The position numbers and the translations under genes are program-made. From a virus, in IMG/VR virus record IMGVR_UViG_3300045988_126550, positions 64,001-128,000 of that record: 64,000 nucleotides of DNA. One strand, 5' to 3'. This document shows, one piece after another, positions 15,115 through 24,748 of this stretch. The notes beneath the pieces were generated by a model. It saw only the letters and a list, made by a program, of their open reading frames with translations. It made no database searches and was not told the DNA's origin. How positions within the stretch are numbered: the first letter of the stretch is position 1; each line of letters starts with the position of its first letter.

Positions 15115-15160
15115 AACCCGTGCTATCAATGGATCGGGTAGCATGGGTTATTATTTTTTT
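15115..15160 (+). terminator. rho-independent terminator
   Basis: Stem AACCCGTGCTA/TAGCATGGGTT followed by attattttttt. Confidence 0.6.
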
Positions 15161-15175
15161 GTTATTAGGAGTGAT

Positions 15176-15820
15176 ATGATGCGTAAGTGGAAGCAAGTAA
15201 TTGTAATTTTGGGACTTTTATTATTTGTAATTATTATTAATATATTGAATAAAAAAGATTATGTAGCATCAGAAAATGCTAGTTTATATAAAGAACCTTT
15301 AATCGTAGAATATGAATCAGAAACAAACCCGCCAATCAACAAGCTTAATATTTATGAACAGGCAGTACTATATCAGGAAGAAATTTTCGAGCAGCAACAA
15401 GAAAAATTAAAGCAAGAAGAATTAGATGATATTTTATCAAAATGTAATATATATTGCGACGTGTCTGAAATCAAATTTGTAGATACAAATACACAATATA
15501 CAGATTATGAAAAACAACTATTAGCTCAATGTCTATATTGTGAAGCCGGAAGCACATCATGGGAGTGTCAAGTAATTACATTGTCTGCCATTCTTAATCA
15601 TTGTGACGAATACGGTGGATTATGGGTATTGAATTCTGAAAATCATTTTGCAGTTGCTCCATATTATCAATATGTTATGCCACAAGAAGAACAAGATAAA
15701 GTTGTTGATTATGTATTATCTGGACATAGAATTGCAGATGTTGTATATTTTAGAATACATACATTCCATAGTTTTGGTACGCCAATGTTATATGTAGATG
15801 GAGTATATTTCTCAAAATAA
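15176..15820 (+). CDS. membrane-anchored SleB-like cell wall hydrolase (candidate lysin)
   Basis: ATG 15176 after aggag. N-terminal TM segment VIVILGLLLFVIIINIL. LLAQCLYCEAGSTSWECQVITLSAILNH resembles the Hydrolase_2/SleB core. Confidence 0.5.
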   Translation: MMRKWKQVIVILGLLLFVIIINILNKKDYVASENASLYKEPLIVEYESETNPPINKLNIYEQAVLYQEEIFEQQQEKLKQEELDDILSKCNIYCDVSEIKFVDTNTQYTDYEKQLLAQCLYCEAGSTSWECQVITLSAILNHCDEYGGLWVLNSENHFAVAPYYQYVMPQEEQDKVVDYVLSGHRIADVVYFRIHTFHSFGTPMLYVDGVYFSK

Positions 15821-15849
15821 AATAGTGGATTATTTCCCACTATTTTTTT
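15821..15849 (+). terminator. rho-independent terminator
   Basis: 8-bp stem AATAGTGG/CCACTATT followed by a T-run. Confidence 0.8.
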
Positions 15850-15859
15850 ATGCAATGGG

Positions 15860-15914
15860 TTGACAAATTGTAAATACATGATATACTAATACAGGATAAA
15901 CAATACAAAATTAA
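15860..15914 (+). promoter_or_regulatory. sigma-A type promoter plus CAATACAAAATTAA element
   Basis: gTTGACAaat, TGaTATACT ending at 15887, 14-mer at 15901-15914. Confidence 0.7.
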
Positions 15915-15932
15915 TTAAAGGATGGTGCATAT

Positions 15933-16088
15933 ATGAAGACAGATAAGTATATTTTATTTTATAAGCATAATGGAGTTAATAAATGGATTGACGCAAATAA
16001 TCTATCACTGCTTAAAACAGTGCCGAATATTTGCGAGTGGATGACAGAATACAAAATTATTGACAGCACAACTGGAGAGGAGGTATAA
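15933..16088 (+). CDS. 51-aa hypothetical protein (not in the track)
   Basis: ATG 15933 downstream of aaaggatgg; ends 1 nt before the next start. Confidence 0.45.
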   Translation: MKTDKYILFYKHNGVNKWIDANNLSLLKTVPNICEWMTEYKIIDSTTGEEV

Positions 16089-16089
16089 A

Positions 16090-17190
16090 ATGAGAGTGTA
16101 TATGGACAATGCTGCCACAACTCCCATTTGTGAAGCAGCAAAGAAAGTTATTCTAGAAAATTTGGATGAGTTCTATAATCCCAACAGTTCTTATGAGACG
16201 GCTCGTAATGTCAAAGTAAAGGTAGAAGAAGCACGTGAAAAGATTGCGGAGTTGATTGGGGCAGAACCAAACGAAATCTATTTCACGTCTGGTGGATCAG
16301 AAGCAAACTCATGGGTGATGTGTAATGGATTTTCTGTTACTTCTAATATTGAACATCATTCTATTAAATCAGATTTTAAAATTAATGTAGATTCAAATGG
16401 ATTGATTGATTGTACAAAATTTAAAACAAAGATACATGAAATGAAAGACAATGATTTTTGTATCCCACCAAGCATTGCATCGTGTATGTTTGTAAATAAC
16501 GAAATAGGGGTAATTGAACCAATTAAAGACTTGGCAAAGATTGCACATGACAATAATATGTTATTTCATTCAGACGCAGTACAGGCCTTCCCTCATATGA
16601 AGATTGATGTAAAAAATCTTGGCGTAGATATGATGTCGTGTTCGGGGCACAAGTTTGGTTCTCCTAAGGGGATCGGCTTCCTGTATATTAAAAATGGAAT
16701 TAGTATTAATCCATTAATTAATGGTGGCGGGCAGGAAAGAGGGATCCGAGGCGGCACGACCAATGTACTGGGCGTCCTTGCAATGGCGGCAGCTTTAGAA
16801 GATACAATCGCGCACATGGATGAAAACAACGCGAAAGTCTCTTGCTTATCAAAGAAATTAAAGGATAACTTACTTGGGGTAAAAGGAGTCACACTTAATG
16901 CAATTGATGCAAAAACTCCATGTATAGAAAGTATTTTAAACCTCAGGATTGACGATGTGAAGAGTTCTGACCTAGTCACAATGTGTGATCTATATGGCAT
17001 TGAGATTAGCTCTGGGTCGGCATGTAACGAAGGAACAGCAGAGCCTTCTCATGTGCTCAAAGCTATTGGGCTCACAACCGAACAGGCATTAAGCAGCATT
17101 AGAATCTCACTATCTCATCTAAACACTGAAGAAGAAATCGACTATGTTTCTAAAATGTTACCAAAAATTATTTCCAGATTACGCCAGTAA
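16090..17190 (+). CDS. cysteine desulfurase (NifS/IscS-like class V aminotransferase)
   Basis: ATG 16090 after ggagaggagg. YMDNAATTP N-terminus, SGHKFGSPKGIGFLY PLP-lysine motif, SSGSAC active-site loop. Confidence 0.85.
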   Translation: MRVYMDNAATTPICEAAKKVILENLDEFYNPNSSYETARNVKVKVEEAREKIAELIGAEPNEIYFTSGGSEANSWVMCNGFSVTSNIEHHSIKSDFKINVDSNGLIDCTKFKTKIHEMKDNDFCIPPSIASCMFVNNEIGVIEPIKDLAKIAHDNNMLFHSDAVQAFPHMKIDVKNLGVDMMSCSGHKFGSPKGIGFLYIKNGISINPLINGGGQERGIRGGTTNVLGVLAMAAALEDTIAHMDENNAKVSCLSKKLKDNLLGVKGVTLNAIDAKTPCIESILNLRIDDVKSSDLVTMCDLYGIEISSGSACNEGTAEPSHVLKAIGLTTEQALSSIRISLSHLNTEEEIDYVSKMLPKIISRLRQ

Positions 17191-17195
17191 GGTAC

Positions 17196-17240
17196 TTGAC
17201 AAATGAAGATTCCATGCTATAATAACAATACAAAATTAAT
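17196..17240 (+). promoter_or_regulatory. sigma-A type promoter plus CAATACAAAATTAA element
   Basis: cTTGACAaat, TGcTATAAT ending at 17223, 14-mer at 17227-17240. Confidence 0.75.
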
Positions 17241-17258
17241 TGAAAGGAGATTGACACC

Positions 17259-17432
17259 ATGACAGAGGACAATCGTATTAAGGAAGAAGCCAAGAAGCAG
17301 AGAAATTTTTGGACATGTCCACGACCAGTGACTAAGGTTTTGCGCAACGCTAAGGCATACAACAGGGCCAAGGATCGTAAGGATAAACGATTGTATGAGG
17401 AAGACGTAGAAGATGCTATCGAAGAAAGATAA
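17259..17432 (+). CDS. 57-aa basic hypothetical protein (not in the track)
   Basis: ATG 17259 after aaaggag. Translation MTEDNRIKEEAKKQRNFW... Confidence 0.5.
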   Translation: MTEDNRIKEEAKKQRNFWTCPRPVTKVLRNAKAYNRAKDRKDKRLYEEDVEDAIEER

Positions 17433-17826
17433 AAGTTATTTTAGGGCGGCTCAGGCAGTTAGCACACTATCAGATTTCAAAAGAATAAACGTAGGAGCGG
17501 TCTTGGTTTATAAGCACCGAATAATTTCAAGTTCTTGTAATTCTCAGCGGACACATCCTTTACAGCGCAAGTTGAATAAAGAAAGGTTCAACGAAGACAC
17601 TCCTGCGAAATTACATGCCGAAGTTAACTGCCTTATTTCATTACTTGGAAATAAAGATATTAAATGGAAAGACTGTGAACTCTATGTGTATAGAGAATAT
17701 AAGCGTGGAGGGTTGGCTATGAGTCGGCCTTGTCCATCCTGCCAAAAATTAATTAAAGAACTTGGCATTAAGACTGTCCATTACACTACTGACGGTGGGT
17801 ATGCCACAGAAGAATTTGAAATTTAA
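17413..17826 (+). CDS. dCMP deaminase
   Basis: HAEVNCL and PCPSCQKLI zinc-binding motifs. Confidence 0.85.
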   Translation: MLSKKDKSYFRAAQAVSTLSDFKRINVGAVLVYKHRIISSSCNSQRTHPLQRKLNKERFNEDTPAKLHAEVNCLISLLGNKDIKWKDCELYVYREYKRGGLAMSRPCPSCQKLIKELGIKTVHYTTDGGYATEEFEI

Positions 17827-17836
17827 GGAGACAATT

Positions 17837-17995
17837 ATGAAAGAAGCATATTCCGATCTATGCAAAGCATGTTATATTCGCATTATGAAGCCTTCAAAAA
17901 AGGAGATTAAGAAAATTGTAATGACACCATATGAAACAGAATGCGAGTGTTGTCATAAGACCAAACAGGTGGTCGATTATGTGGAGGACGATTAA
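17837..17995 (+). CDS. small Cys-rich protein
   Basis: ATG 17837 after aaggag. CKAC...CECC. Confidence 0.5.
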   Translation: MKEAYSDLCKACYIRIMKPSKKEIKKIVMTPYETECECCHKTKQVVDYVEDD

Positions 17996-18228
17996 TGAAA
18001 GGTCTTCCATCTAAAGAGATTGTGATGACAGAGATTAAATCTCTAAAAGGAGAAACATTTTATATTACAACAACTGCATTACGCGATACATATTATATAT
18101 ACAAAATTGCAAATAATGTTGCTACAAAGCTTGGGAGCAATAAAAGCCCTTTGGTATTGGAGGATAAATATATCGGAGAACGAGAAAAAGCATTAAAAAG
18201 ATTGGAGAAAATGATAGATGAGCAATGA
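17995..18228 (+). CDS. hypothetical protein
   Basis: TAATG overlap with the upstream gene. Confidence 0.5.
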   Translation: MKGLPSKEIVMTEIKSLKGETFYITTTALRDTYYIYKIANNVATKLGSNKSPLVLEDKYIGEREKALKRLEKMIDEQ

Positions 18229-18616
18229 ATATAAAGATTATTATGAAGACCTTTATTGTGAGTTTGAAGACAGAGTTGAGGCACTAGATTTTCTACCGGA
18301 TGGCTGGGTTAATAGTTTTGTGCCAAAGCTGAAAGAAGAACTCTTTGGTATTATTGGTAGTTATACTGAAAACTTTGAAATTGTACAGGCGAAGGAAAAG
18401 TGGGGAAAACTAAGAGTGTATTGGAGCTGGGAAGACAAGGATTATTCCGACCTAGAAGCTGCTGATATGAATGAATTATATGACAAGATTGAAAATACAC
18501 TTGAAAAATACGCCACTATTAGCCGGAAAACTTGTGCGGTGTGCGGAAAGTCAGCAACGTCATATACGACTGGATGGGTGCTTCCTGTTTGTGAAGAATG
18601 CAAGGAGGAGGCGTAA
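18218..18616 (+). CDS. hypothetical protein with a C-terminal CxxC...CxxC
   Basis: RBS ggag. CAVCG...CEEC. Confidence 0.5.
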   Translation: MSNEYKDYYEDLYCEFEDRVEALDFLPDGWVNSFVPKLKEELFGIIGSYTENFEIVQAKEKWGKLRVYWSWEDKDYSDLEAADMNELYDKIENTLEKYATISRKTCAVCGKSATSYTTGWVLPVCEECKEEA

Positions 18617-18618
18617 TT

Positions 18619-19413
18619 ATGACAGAAGAAAGAATGAAGTTGGTAGAGCCAATTCTAAATACATTTGAAAATGAAGATATTAAAGAATTTGCTATTGTGC
18701 TACTAGACAATTTGCCAGAGTATATTTGGAGCGTACCAGCTTCAAGTACTGGTAAATATCATCCGCAATATAGCTTGGGTCTAGGTGGTTTGATGAGACA
18801 TCAGATTGCAGTTGTAAGATTCCTGAACTTTTTCTTTGAGCTTGAGCAATACCAGAACGTTATTAATAGCAGAGAGCGTGACTTAATGCGTATAGCTGGT
18901 CTTGTACATGATGGACGTAAGAGCGGCTCTCAACAGGATTTTGAGCGTTCTAAATATACCAAGTTTGACCATCCTAAGCTAATGGCAGATGTTATTACAT
19001 CATATTCTGGCAAATATTTAACAGTAGAAGAGCTTGCATTTGTTTCACGTGCTATTAATAGCCACATGGGACAATGGAATATTGATAAGAAAACTGGCAT
19101 AGAACTTCCTAAACCTTCAAATGTATATGAAGAGCTTGTTCACTTAGCCGACTATCTAGCAAGTCGTAAGTCTTTGACTATGGATTTTGAAAATATTGAA
19201 GTTCCGCGCACTGTGGTTATTAATCCAGAAGAATATGTAATGCAATTCGGCAAGTACAAGGGACAGAAAATTATTGATGTGTATCGTGAACATCCAGACT
19301 ATTTGCAATGGTGTGAGGAAAATATTGGTCGCAGAGATGTTCTAGATGCTATTGCAGCTTGTAAGAAGAAAGCGGAAGAAAAGATTGAGGCTGATGACGA
19401 TATTGATTTATAA
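18619..19413 (+). CDS. HD-domain phosphohydrolase with a C-terminal KYKGQ...YLQW module
   Basis: ATG 18619 after aaggaggagg. H...GLVHDGRK HD motif. Confidence 0.65.
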   Translation: MTEERMKLVEPILNTFENEDIKEFAIVLLDNLPEYIWSVPASSTGKYHPQYSLGLGGLMRHQIAVVRFLNFFFELEQYQNVINSRERDLMRIAGLVHDGRKSGSQQDFERSKYTKFDHPKLMADVITSYSGKYLTVEELAFVSRAINSHMGQWNIDKKTGIELPKPSNVYEELVHLADYLASRKSLTMDFENIEVPRTVVINPEEYVMQFGKYKGQKIIDVYREHPDYLQWCEENIGRRDVLDAIAACKKKAEEKIEADDDIDL

Positions 19414-19428
19414 GGAGAATTAAGGCAC

Positions 19429-19908
19429 ATGGGAACTAACTTCTATATGATTACAAAGAACAAAGAAATGGCTCAGCGGTATGCACCATATTCTTATGAG
19501 CTTACGGATACGCCATATTTCGGATATGAGATTCACGTAGCCAAGACTAGTTTTGGCTGGTTGCCGCTTTTCCAAGAGCATAAAGATGGTATTAACTCTG
19601 TAGCTGAGTATAAAGTGGCATATGATACAAATGAGTTTAAAATTTATGATGAATACGGATGTGAATACAATTGGGATGCCTTTGATGATAGAGTGCTAAA
19701 GTTCAATGGCGGGGTTCTTGGGGTACAGGAGCCGAAGAAGATTGAGCAAAACAAATATTTTCGATGGTATGACAAGAGCATGCCAGACTATTGCCCTGTT
19801 AGTCATATTAGTGGAAGTCTGCAGAGCTATAAGTTTGATGGTTTGTTTGCGAATGATTATTTCGTTGACGCTGATGGATTTGAATTTTCAAGGAGTGAAT
19901 TTTCGTAA
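19429..19908 (+). CDS. hypothetical protein
   Basis: RBS aaggag. Confidence 0.5.
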   Translation: MGTNFYMITKNKEMAQRYAPYSYELTDTPYFGYEIHVAKTSFGWLPLFQEHKDGINSVAEYKVAYDTNEFKIYDEYGCEYNWDAFDDRVLKFNGGVLGVQEPKKIEQNKYFRWYDKSMPDYCPVSHISGSLQSYKFDGLFANDYFVDADGFEFSRSEFS

Positions 19909-21023
19909 TGTATCATCTTGAACTAAGAGACTTCATTCTTTCTCATGAAAACTGGGAAGAACTACTCACAGCTGATCCTTACAACCTAAAGATTTCTCGT
20001 GATGGCAATTATATCATGTTCAAGTATAATCAAATCTCTTCTGATTTTACAATTCCTCTAGTTCGTGAAGCACGTGGAATTATTTTCAGAGAGAGTGATT
20101 GGGAATGTGTCTGCGAAAAATTTACAAAATTCGGCAATTACGGCGAGTCTTATTGCCCAGACATTGATTGGGCAACTGCTTCTGTGCAGGAAAAAGTTGA
20201 TGGATCGCTTATTGGCATGTTTTATGATAATGGATGGCATATTTGTACCAATGGTACAATTGATGCCTTTAAAGCGGAACTTAATGATGTGAAGTATCAG
20301 AATTTTGGGCAGCTTGTCCTTGCGGCAATTCATCGTGTATTTGAAGACGAGCATAAGTTCTTTACGATGCTAGATCCAAAATGTACATATATGTTTGAAC
20401 TCGTGTCTCCTTATAACCGTGTTGTAATTCCGTATGAAGACACTAAGCTATATTTTCTTGGTATACGTGATATGGAAGATGGGAAAGAATGGAATCCAGA
20501 AGATTCTGATATAAGCTATGATTTTGAAATGCCTAAGCGTTATTCTCTTCATTCTCTTGAAGATGTACAGAAGGCAGCAAATGCACTTCCTTGGGACGAA
20601 GAAGGTTATGTGGTATGCGACGCAAATTTCAACAGAGTAAAGATTAAGTCTGGTGCTTACGTTATGGCACATTATGCTCGTAATAATGGAGTAGTCAATA
20701 CAGAGCGTCTTGTTCAGATTATACTGGATGGAGAGCAGGAAGAGTTCCTTACTTATGCATCCGATTATACTGACGAGTTAAAGAAAGTGGGAAAAGCAAT
20801 GTATGAGATTGGGTATAAAGCATTTGATAAGCTGAGAGAAATTTTTAACATGAAAGAGTTTGAAACTCGTGGTGCTTATGCTCGTGAAGTTATGAAATGC
20901 CCAATGTATATGAAAGACTTCCTATTCCATTGTTTTGATTCTAGAATCTTTTGGGATTATGCAAAGTCTTGGGATGCAAATAAATGGGTTAAAGCTATTA
21001 ATGAATTAAATGGAGGTATTTAA
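19908..21023 (+). CDS. ATP-dependent RNA ligase (T4 Rnl1-like)
   Basis: Nucleotidyl-transferase motif I QEKVDGSL, upstream LVREARGIIF, size ~370 aa. Confidence 0.75.
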   Translation: MYHLELRDFILSHENWEELLTADPYNLKISRDGNYIMFKYNQISSDFTIPLVREARGIIFRESDWECVCEKFTKFGNYGESYCPDIDWATASVQEKVDGSLIGMFYDNGWHICTNGTIDAFKAELNDVKYQNFGQLVLAAIHRVFEDEHKFFTMLDPKCTYMFELVSPYNRVVIPYEDTKLYFLGIRDMEDGKEWNPEDSDISYDFEMPKRYSLHSLEDVQKAANALPWDEEGYVVCDANFNRVKIKSGAYVMAHYARNNGVVNTERLVQIILDGEQEEFLTYASDYTDELKKVGKAMYEIGYKAFDKLREIFNMKEFETRGAYAREVMKCPMYMKDFLFHCFDSRIFWDYAKSWDANKWVKAINELNGGI

Positions 21024-21024
21024 T

Positions 21025-21291
21025 ATGAAGAATAATATTGGGCCAATTATTGGAATTATTGGAGTAGTTATTTTGTGGATTCTTTCTCCTATCATCATCT
21101 TCGGTGCCGGTTGGTTTGGTGGTTGGATTCTGATGAAAATTGTTGGTGGAGCAATTGCATCTGGTCTAAACACACTATTTGGAACGACTAGATTTGTTCC
21201 AGAATTAATTCCTGTTGTATGTGGAGCTCTAGCAGTTATTGGAAGTTTCTTTAAGGCTACTGTAAGTAGTAGCAATGTGATGACAAAATGA
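21025..21291 (+). CDS. small membrane protein
   Basis: ATG 21025 after ggagg; three hydrophobic segments. Confidence 0.5.
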   Translation: MKNNIGPIIGIIGVVILWILSPIIIFGAGWFGGWILMKIVGGAIASGLNTLFGTTRFVPELIPVVCGALAVIGSFFKATVSSSNVMTK

Positions 21292-22097
21292 ATTATCATT
21301 CAGATCAGTGGATTATGGATAGGGTTCAAGAGCACTATAATGAGGCTCTTGAATCCTTTCCGAAGGACAGAATTATTGGCATCTTCTATCAAGGCAGTGG
21401 CAATTATGGGCTTGATTATGAAGGTTCAGATGTTGACACCAAACTGATTGTAACACCAACATTTAAGGATATTGCAATGAATAAGAATCCCGTTAGTACA
21501 ACTCATATTCGAGCCAACGACGAACATACAGACTGGAAGGACATTAGGCTCTATATTCAGACATTTAGGAAGCAGAACTTGAATTTTCTAGAAATTCTTT
21601 TCACAACATACAAAGTCCTAAATCCTATGTATGAGGAACAGTGGAACAGACTTATTGATGCCAGAGAAGGTATTGCACGTTACTCTCCCATTCAAGCCAT
21701 TAAGTCTATGAGAGGAATCGCTAAAGAAAAGTATTTTGCAATGGAACATCATTATCCGTCTCGTATGGAGTGGATTAACAAATTTGGATACGATCCAAAA
21801 CAACTACACCATTTATTACGTGTAGAGGAGTATATTGAAAGATATATTAATGGTGAGTCCTATGAGAAATGTCTACAATCAAAAATGCCGGAGTTTCTCA
21901 AACAGGTAAAGACTGGAGAGTCTTTTGATTTGGGCACAGCAAGAATTGTGGCGGAAAAGTCAATTGGTCATATTGACGAAATGTGTGATAAGTTCTTAAA
22001 AAGAGAATGGAGCGTTGACGAAATTATTAATGCTTTGTTAGACAGTGTGCAATATGAAATTATGAGGATTGCAATTAAGAAAGAGATTGGTGGTTAA
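21288..22097 (+). CDS. pol-beta-fold nucleotidyltransferase (RlaP-like, RNA-repair associated)
   Basis: YQGSGNYGLDYEGSDVDTK equals GS-x(9-13)-DxD. ATGA overlap with the upstream gene. Confidence 0.6.
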   Translation: MNYHSDQWIMDRVQEHYNEALESFPKDRIIGIFYQGSGNYGLDYEGSDVDTKLIVTPTFKDIAMNKNPVSTTHIRANDEHTDWKDIRLYIQTFRKQNLNFLEILFTTYKVLNPMYEEQWNRLIDAREGIARYSPIQAIKSMRGIAKEKYFAMEHHYPSRMEWINKFGYDPKQLHHLLRVEEYIERYINGESYEKCLQSKMPEFLKQVKTGESFDLGTARIVAEKSIGHIDEMCDKFLKREWSVDEIINALLDSVQYEIMRIAIKKEIGG

Positions 22098-22718
22098 ATG
22101 ATTAACATTCGTCAAGACTTGATTCAAAAGGAGTTTGAAAAAGGTTGTACCAATGGGCTTACATTTCGAAAATTAAAGCCTAGCAATAGATTTATTGATA
22201 AGCTTTTTAATCATTACTATGTTGCCGAGCACACAGAACATTTCTATGATTCTGAGCCGGAATATGATGATGAAGAATTCAATATGTATATGGATTACGC
22301 TTATATTCATCATAGAATAAATCCTACTTCTGGCACTGCTCTTTTTAATACAATTCTTAATTCTGAAGAAATAGCAAAAGAACAAGAAGACTTTCGTTTT
22401 TCAAAAGAAGAACACACAATAGAAGAACTAAAGCAAGCGTATGATAAAATTATACAACAGAGAAAAGATTATGAGCTACACAGAATTGAATTTAACAACT
22501 GGATAGAGCCTTATTTTAAGGGTAATTGGAGAATGTCTCAGAAAGATGTTGACAAAATTAGCAGAGAGCATCTTGAATACACAAAGAAATGTGGAGTAAG
22601 TTATAATGGCAGACTTTACATTGCAGAAAAAGAAGATTCGATTTTTATTTATTACTACGGCAGAGATTTTGCAATGGTAGATTATTGGTGGATTTTTAAG
22701 AGAAGAAGGAGAAAATAA
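22098..22718 (+). CDS. hypothetical protein
   Basis: Tightly packed ORF with no recognised motif. Confidence 0.45.
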   Translation: MINIRQDLIQKEFEKGCTNGLTFRKLKPSNRFIDKLFNHYYVAEHTEHFYDSEPEYDDEEFNMYMDYAYIHHRINPTSGTALFNTILNSEEIAKEQEDFRFSKEEHTIEELKQAYDKIIQQRKDYELHRIEFNNWIEPYFKGNWRMSQKDVDKISREHLEYTKKCGVSYNGRLYIAEKEDSIFIYYYGRDFAMVDYWWIFKRRRRK

Positions 22719-23623
22719 TGGTTAAGTGTTTTGTTATGTGTGGACTCCCCGCAAGCGGAAAGAGTTGGCAAGCCAAGAAACTTGCCGAGGAATATGATGC
22801 AGAAATTTTCTCTAGTGACTCACTTCGAGAGGAAATGTTCGGAGATGTGAATCATCAGGCAGACAACGATGCTCTGTTCAAGGAACTACATAAGCGTATT
22901 AGAGAGCGTCTTGCTTCTGGCAAGAATGCCATTTATGACGCCTGCAATATCAGTTATAAGCGCCGTATGGAATTCCTTAAGTCTCTTAACAAAATTCCTT
23001 GTGAGAAAATTGCAATCCTCATGGCAACGCCTTATGAAGTCTGTCTTGAACGTAACACACAACGAGAGCGTAAAGTCCCAGAACATGTTATTAAACGTAT
23101 GTATATGAGCTGGAATAGTCCATATTGGTATGAAGGTTGGGACGATATTCAGATTGTATATTCAGAAGGAGCAGAAGGAAGCTACGGAGGAGTAGGTGAT
23201 TGGGTTGAGTCTGTTATGGATTACAACCAACATAACAGCCATCATTCTTTAACACTTGGGGAACATTGTCTCAAAACATTCGAATACTTAAATTCATTGC
23301 CAGTTGCATTCTGGGAACTTAGAACTGCGGCGTTGATACATGATTGTGGCAAATGCAAAAGTGCTACATATATCAATAGTAAGGGCGAACAAACGGATGA
23401 ATGCCATTATTATAATCACCAATTTTGTGGATCATACGACAGCTTGTTCTTCAGCGGTATAGATAGACATCTTTATATTGCGCAACTTATTCAATGGCAT
23501 ATGAGAGCGTACCTTGCGTGGGAGCATTCTGAAAAAGCAATGCAGAAGGATAGAAAACTTCTTGGGAAGACTTTATTTAATGATATTTGTTTGCTTCACG
23601 AAGCAGACCTTGCAGCGCATTAA
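22718..23623 (+). CDS. P-loop polynucleotide-kinase-like domain fused to an HD phosphohydrolase domain
   Basis: Walker A CGLPASGKSW at the N-terminus; AALIHDCGK...YNHQFCGSY in the C-terminal half. Confidence 0.7.
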   Translation: MVKCFVMCGLPASGKSWQAKKLAEEYDAEIFSSDSLREEMFGDVNHQADNDALFKELHKRIRERLASGKNAIYDACNISYKRRMEFLKSLNKIPCEKIAILMATPYEVCLERNTQRERKVPEHVIKRMYMSWNSPYWYEGWDDIQIVYSEGAEGSYGGVGDWVESVMDYNQHNSHHSLTLGEHCLKTFEYLNSLPVAFWELRTAALIHDCGKCKSATYINSKGEQTDECHYYNHQFCGSYDSLFFSGIDRHLYIAQLIQWHMRAYLAWEHSEKAMQKDRKLLGKTLFNDICLLHEADLAAH

Positions 23624-23629
23624 CCAATT

Positions 23630-23655
23630 GGTACGGCATTTTCGCCGTACCTTTT
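23630..23655 (+). terminator. rho-independent terminator
   Basis: GGTACGGC-attttc-GCCGTACC followed by TTTT. Confidence 0.8.
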
Positions 23656-23670
23656 GTGCATGTTGACAAC

Positions 23671-23729
23671 TTGACAAATAGCAAATTCATGCTATAATAA
23701 TGGCAGAAACAAGAACAATACAAAATTAA
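23671..23729 (+). promoter_or_regulatory. sigma-A type promoter plus CAATACAAAATTAA element
   Basis: cTTGACAaat (a second TTGACA lies 8 nt upstream), TGcTATAAT ending at 23698, 14-mer at 23716-23729. Confidence 0.75.
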
Positions 23730-23743
23730 AGGAGGATAAATAT

Positions 23744-24325
23744 ATGAGAACTATTAGAAGAGGAGTGTTTGAATCGAACTCGTCCAGCACACACAGCATT
23801 GCAATTAGTAAAGAAAAGGTTCCAAATGTAGCCGGTAGACATGTTTATTTTGGAGCTGGTGAGTACGGTTGGGAACAAGGTTGCGTAGGAGACACCGCAT
23901 CATATTTGCATACGGCAATTGTTGACTCTTCTACTCCTGCACAATACGAGGAGAGAATCAATAAGATTAAAGAAATTCTTGACAAGTATGGGGTGCAATA
24001 TAAATTCGCGCCAGTTGAATATCAGAAGTCTGAGTACAATCCCGATTATGAATATATTAAATTTGCATCTCCTAGTTATAGATATGCGTATGTTGATCAC
24101 GCAGGAGAGTGTGCAAAACTAATTAATGCACTGCTTTCAAACGAAGACCTTCTAATTAGATATCTTTTTGGCAATAGTTGCATTTATACCGGCAATGATA
24201 ATTCTGATGACGAAGACAGTATGTGCTATTGCGCAGAGGCAACTATTTGGGATGATAATTATAAAACTATCCCAAACCCAAATCACGACGCAGAACATTA
24301 TGATTACTTTTTTAAGGGGAATTGA
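23744..24325 (+). CDS. hypothetical protein, NSSSTHS-motif family, paralog A
   Basis: N-terminus MRTIRRGVFESNSSSTHSIAIS. Confidence 0.6.
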   Translation: MRTIRRGVFESNSSSTHSIAISKEKVPNVAGRHVYFGAGEYGWEQGCVGDTASYLHTAIVDSSTPAQYEERINKIKEILDKYGVQYKFAPVEYQKSEYNPDYEYIKFASPSYRYAYVDHAGECAKLINALLSNEDLLIRYLFGNSCIYTGNDNSDDEDSMCYCAEATIWDDNYKTIPNPNHDAEHYDYFFKGN

Positions 24326-24327
24326 TT

Positions 24328-24738
24328 ATGAGACAGATTAGAAAGAATGTATTTGAAACAAATAGTTCTTCTACTCATTCACTAACAATGTGTACAAAAG
24401 AAGAATATGATAATTGGAAAAGCGGAAAACTTATGTTTGATATAGATAGTAAGAAATTTGTATCTCCGCTAGAAGTAACAAGTAAAGATTTCAAGGAAGC
24501 GGAAATTAATTATGAATCCAGCAAACAAAAATATCAGAAAAATTGGGATCAGCTGACTAAAGAAGAACAAGAAGAATATACACTTGGGTATATTAAAGAG
24601 AATAAGTCAATGTATGAAATTGTAACATATTCTGAGTGGCTAGATAGAAATGATTATCTAGACACATTCTATAGAGAATATACTACTAAAAACAACGAAA
24701 GAATTGTGGCTTTCGGCGCTTATGGCTACGATGGTTAA
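24328..24738 (+). CDS. hypothetical protein, NSSSTHS-motif family, paralog B
   Basis: N-terminus MRQIRKNVFETNSSSTHSLTMC. ATG 24328 lies 7 nt after aagggga. Confidence 0.6.
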   Translation: MRQIRKNVFETNSSSTHSLTMCTKEEYDNWKSGKLMFDIDSKKFVSPLEVTSKDFKEAEINYESSKQKYQKNWDQLTKEEQEEYTLGYIKENKSMYEIVTYSEWLDRNDYLDTFYREYTTKNNERIVAFGAYGYDG

Positions 24739-24748
24739 GGAGGAAAAT

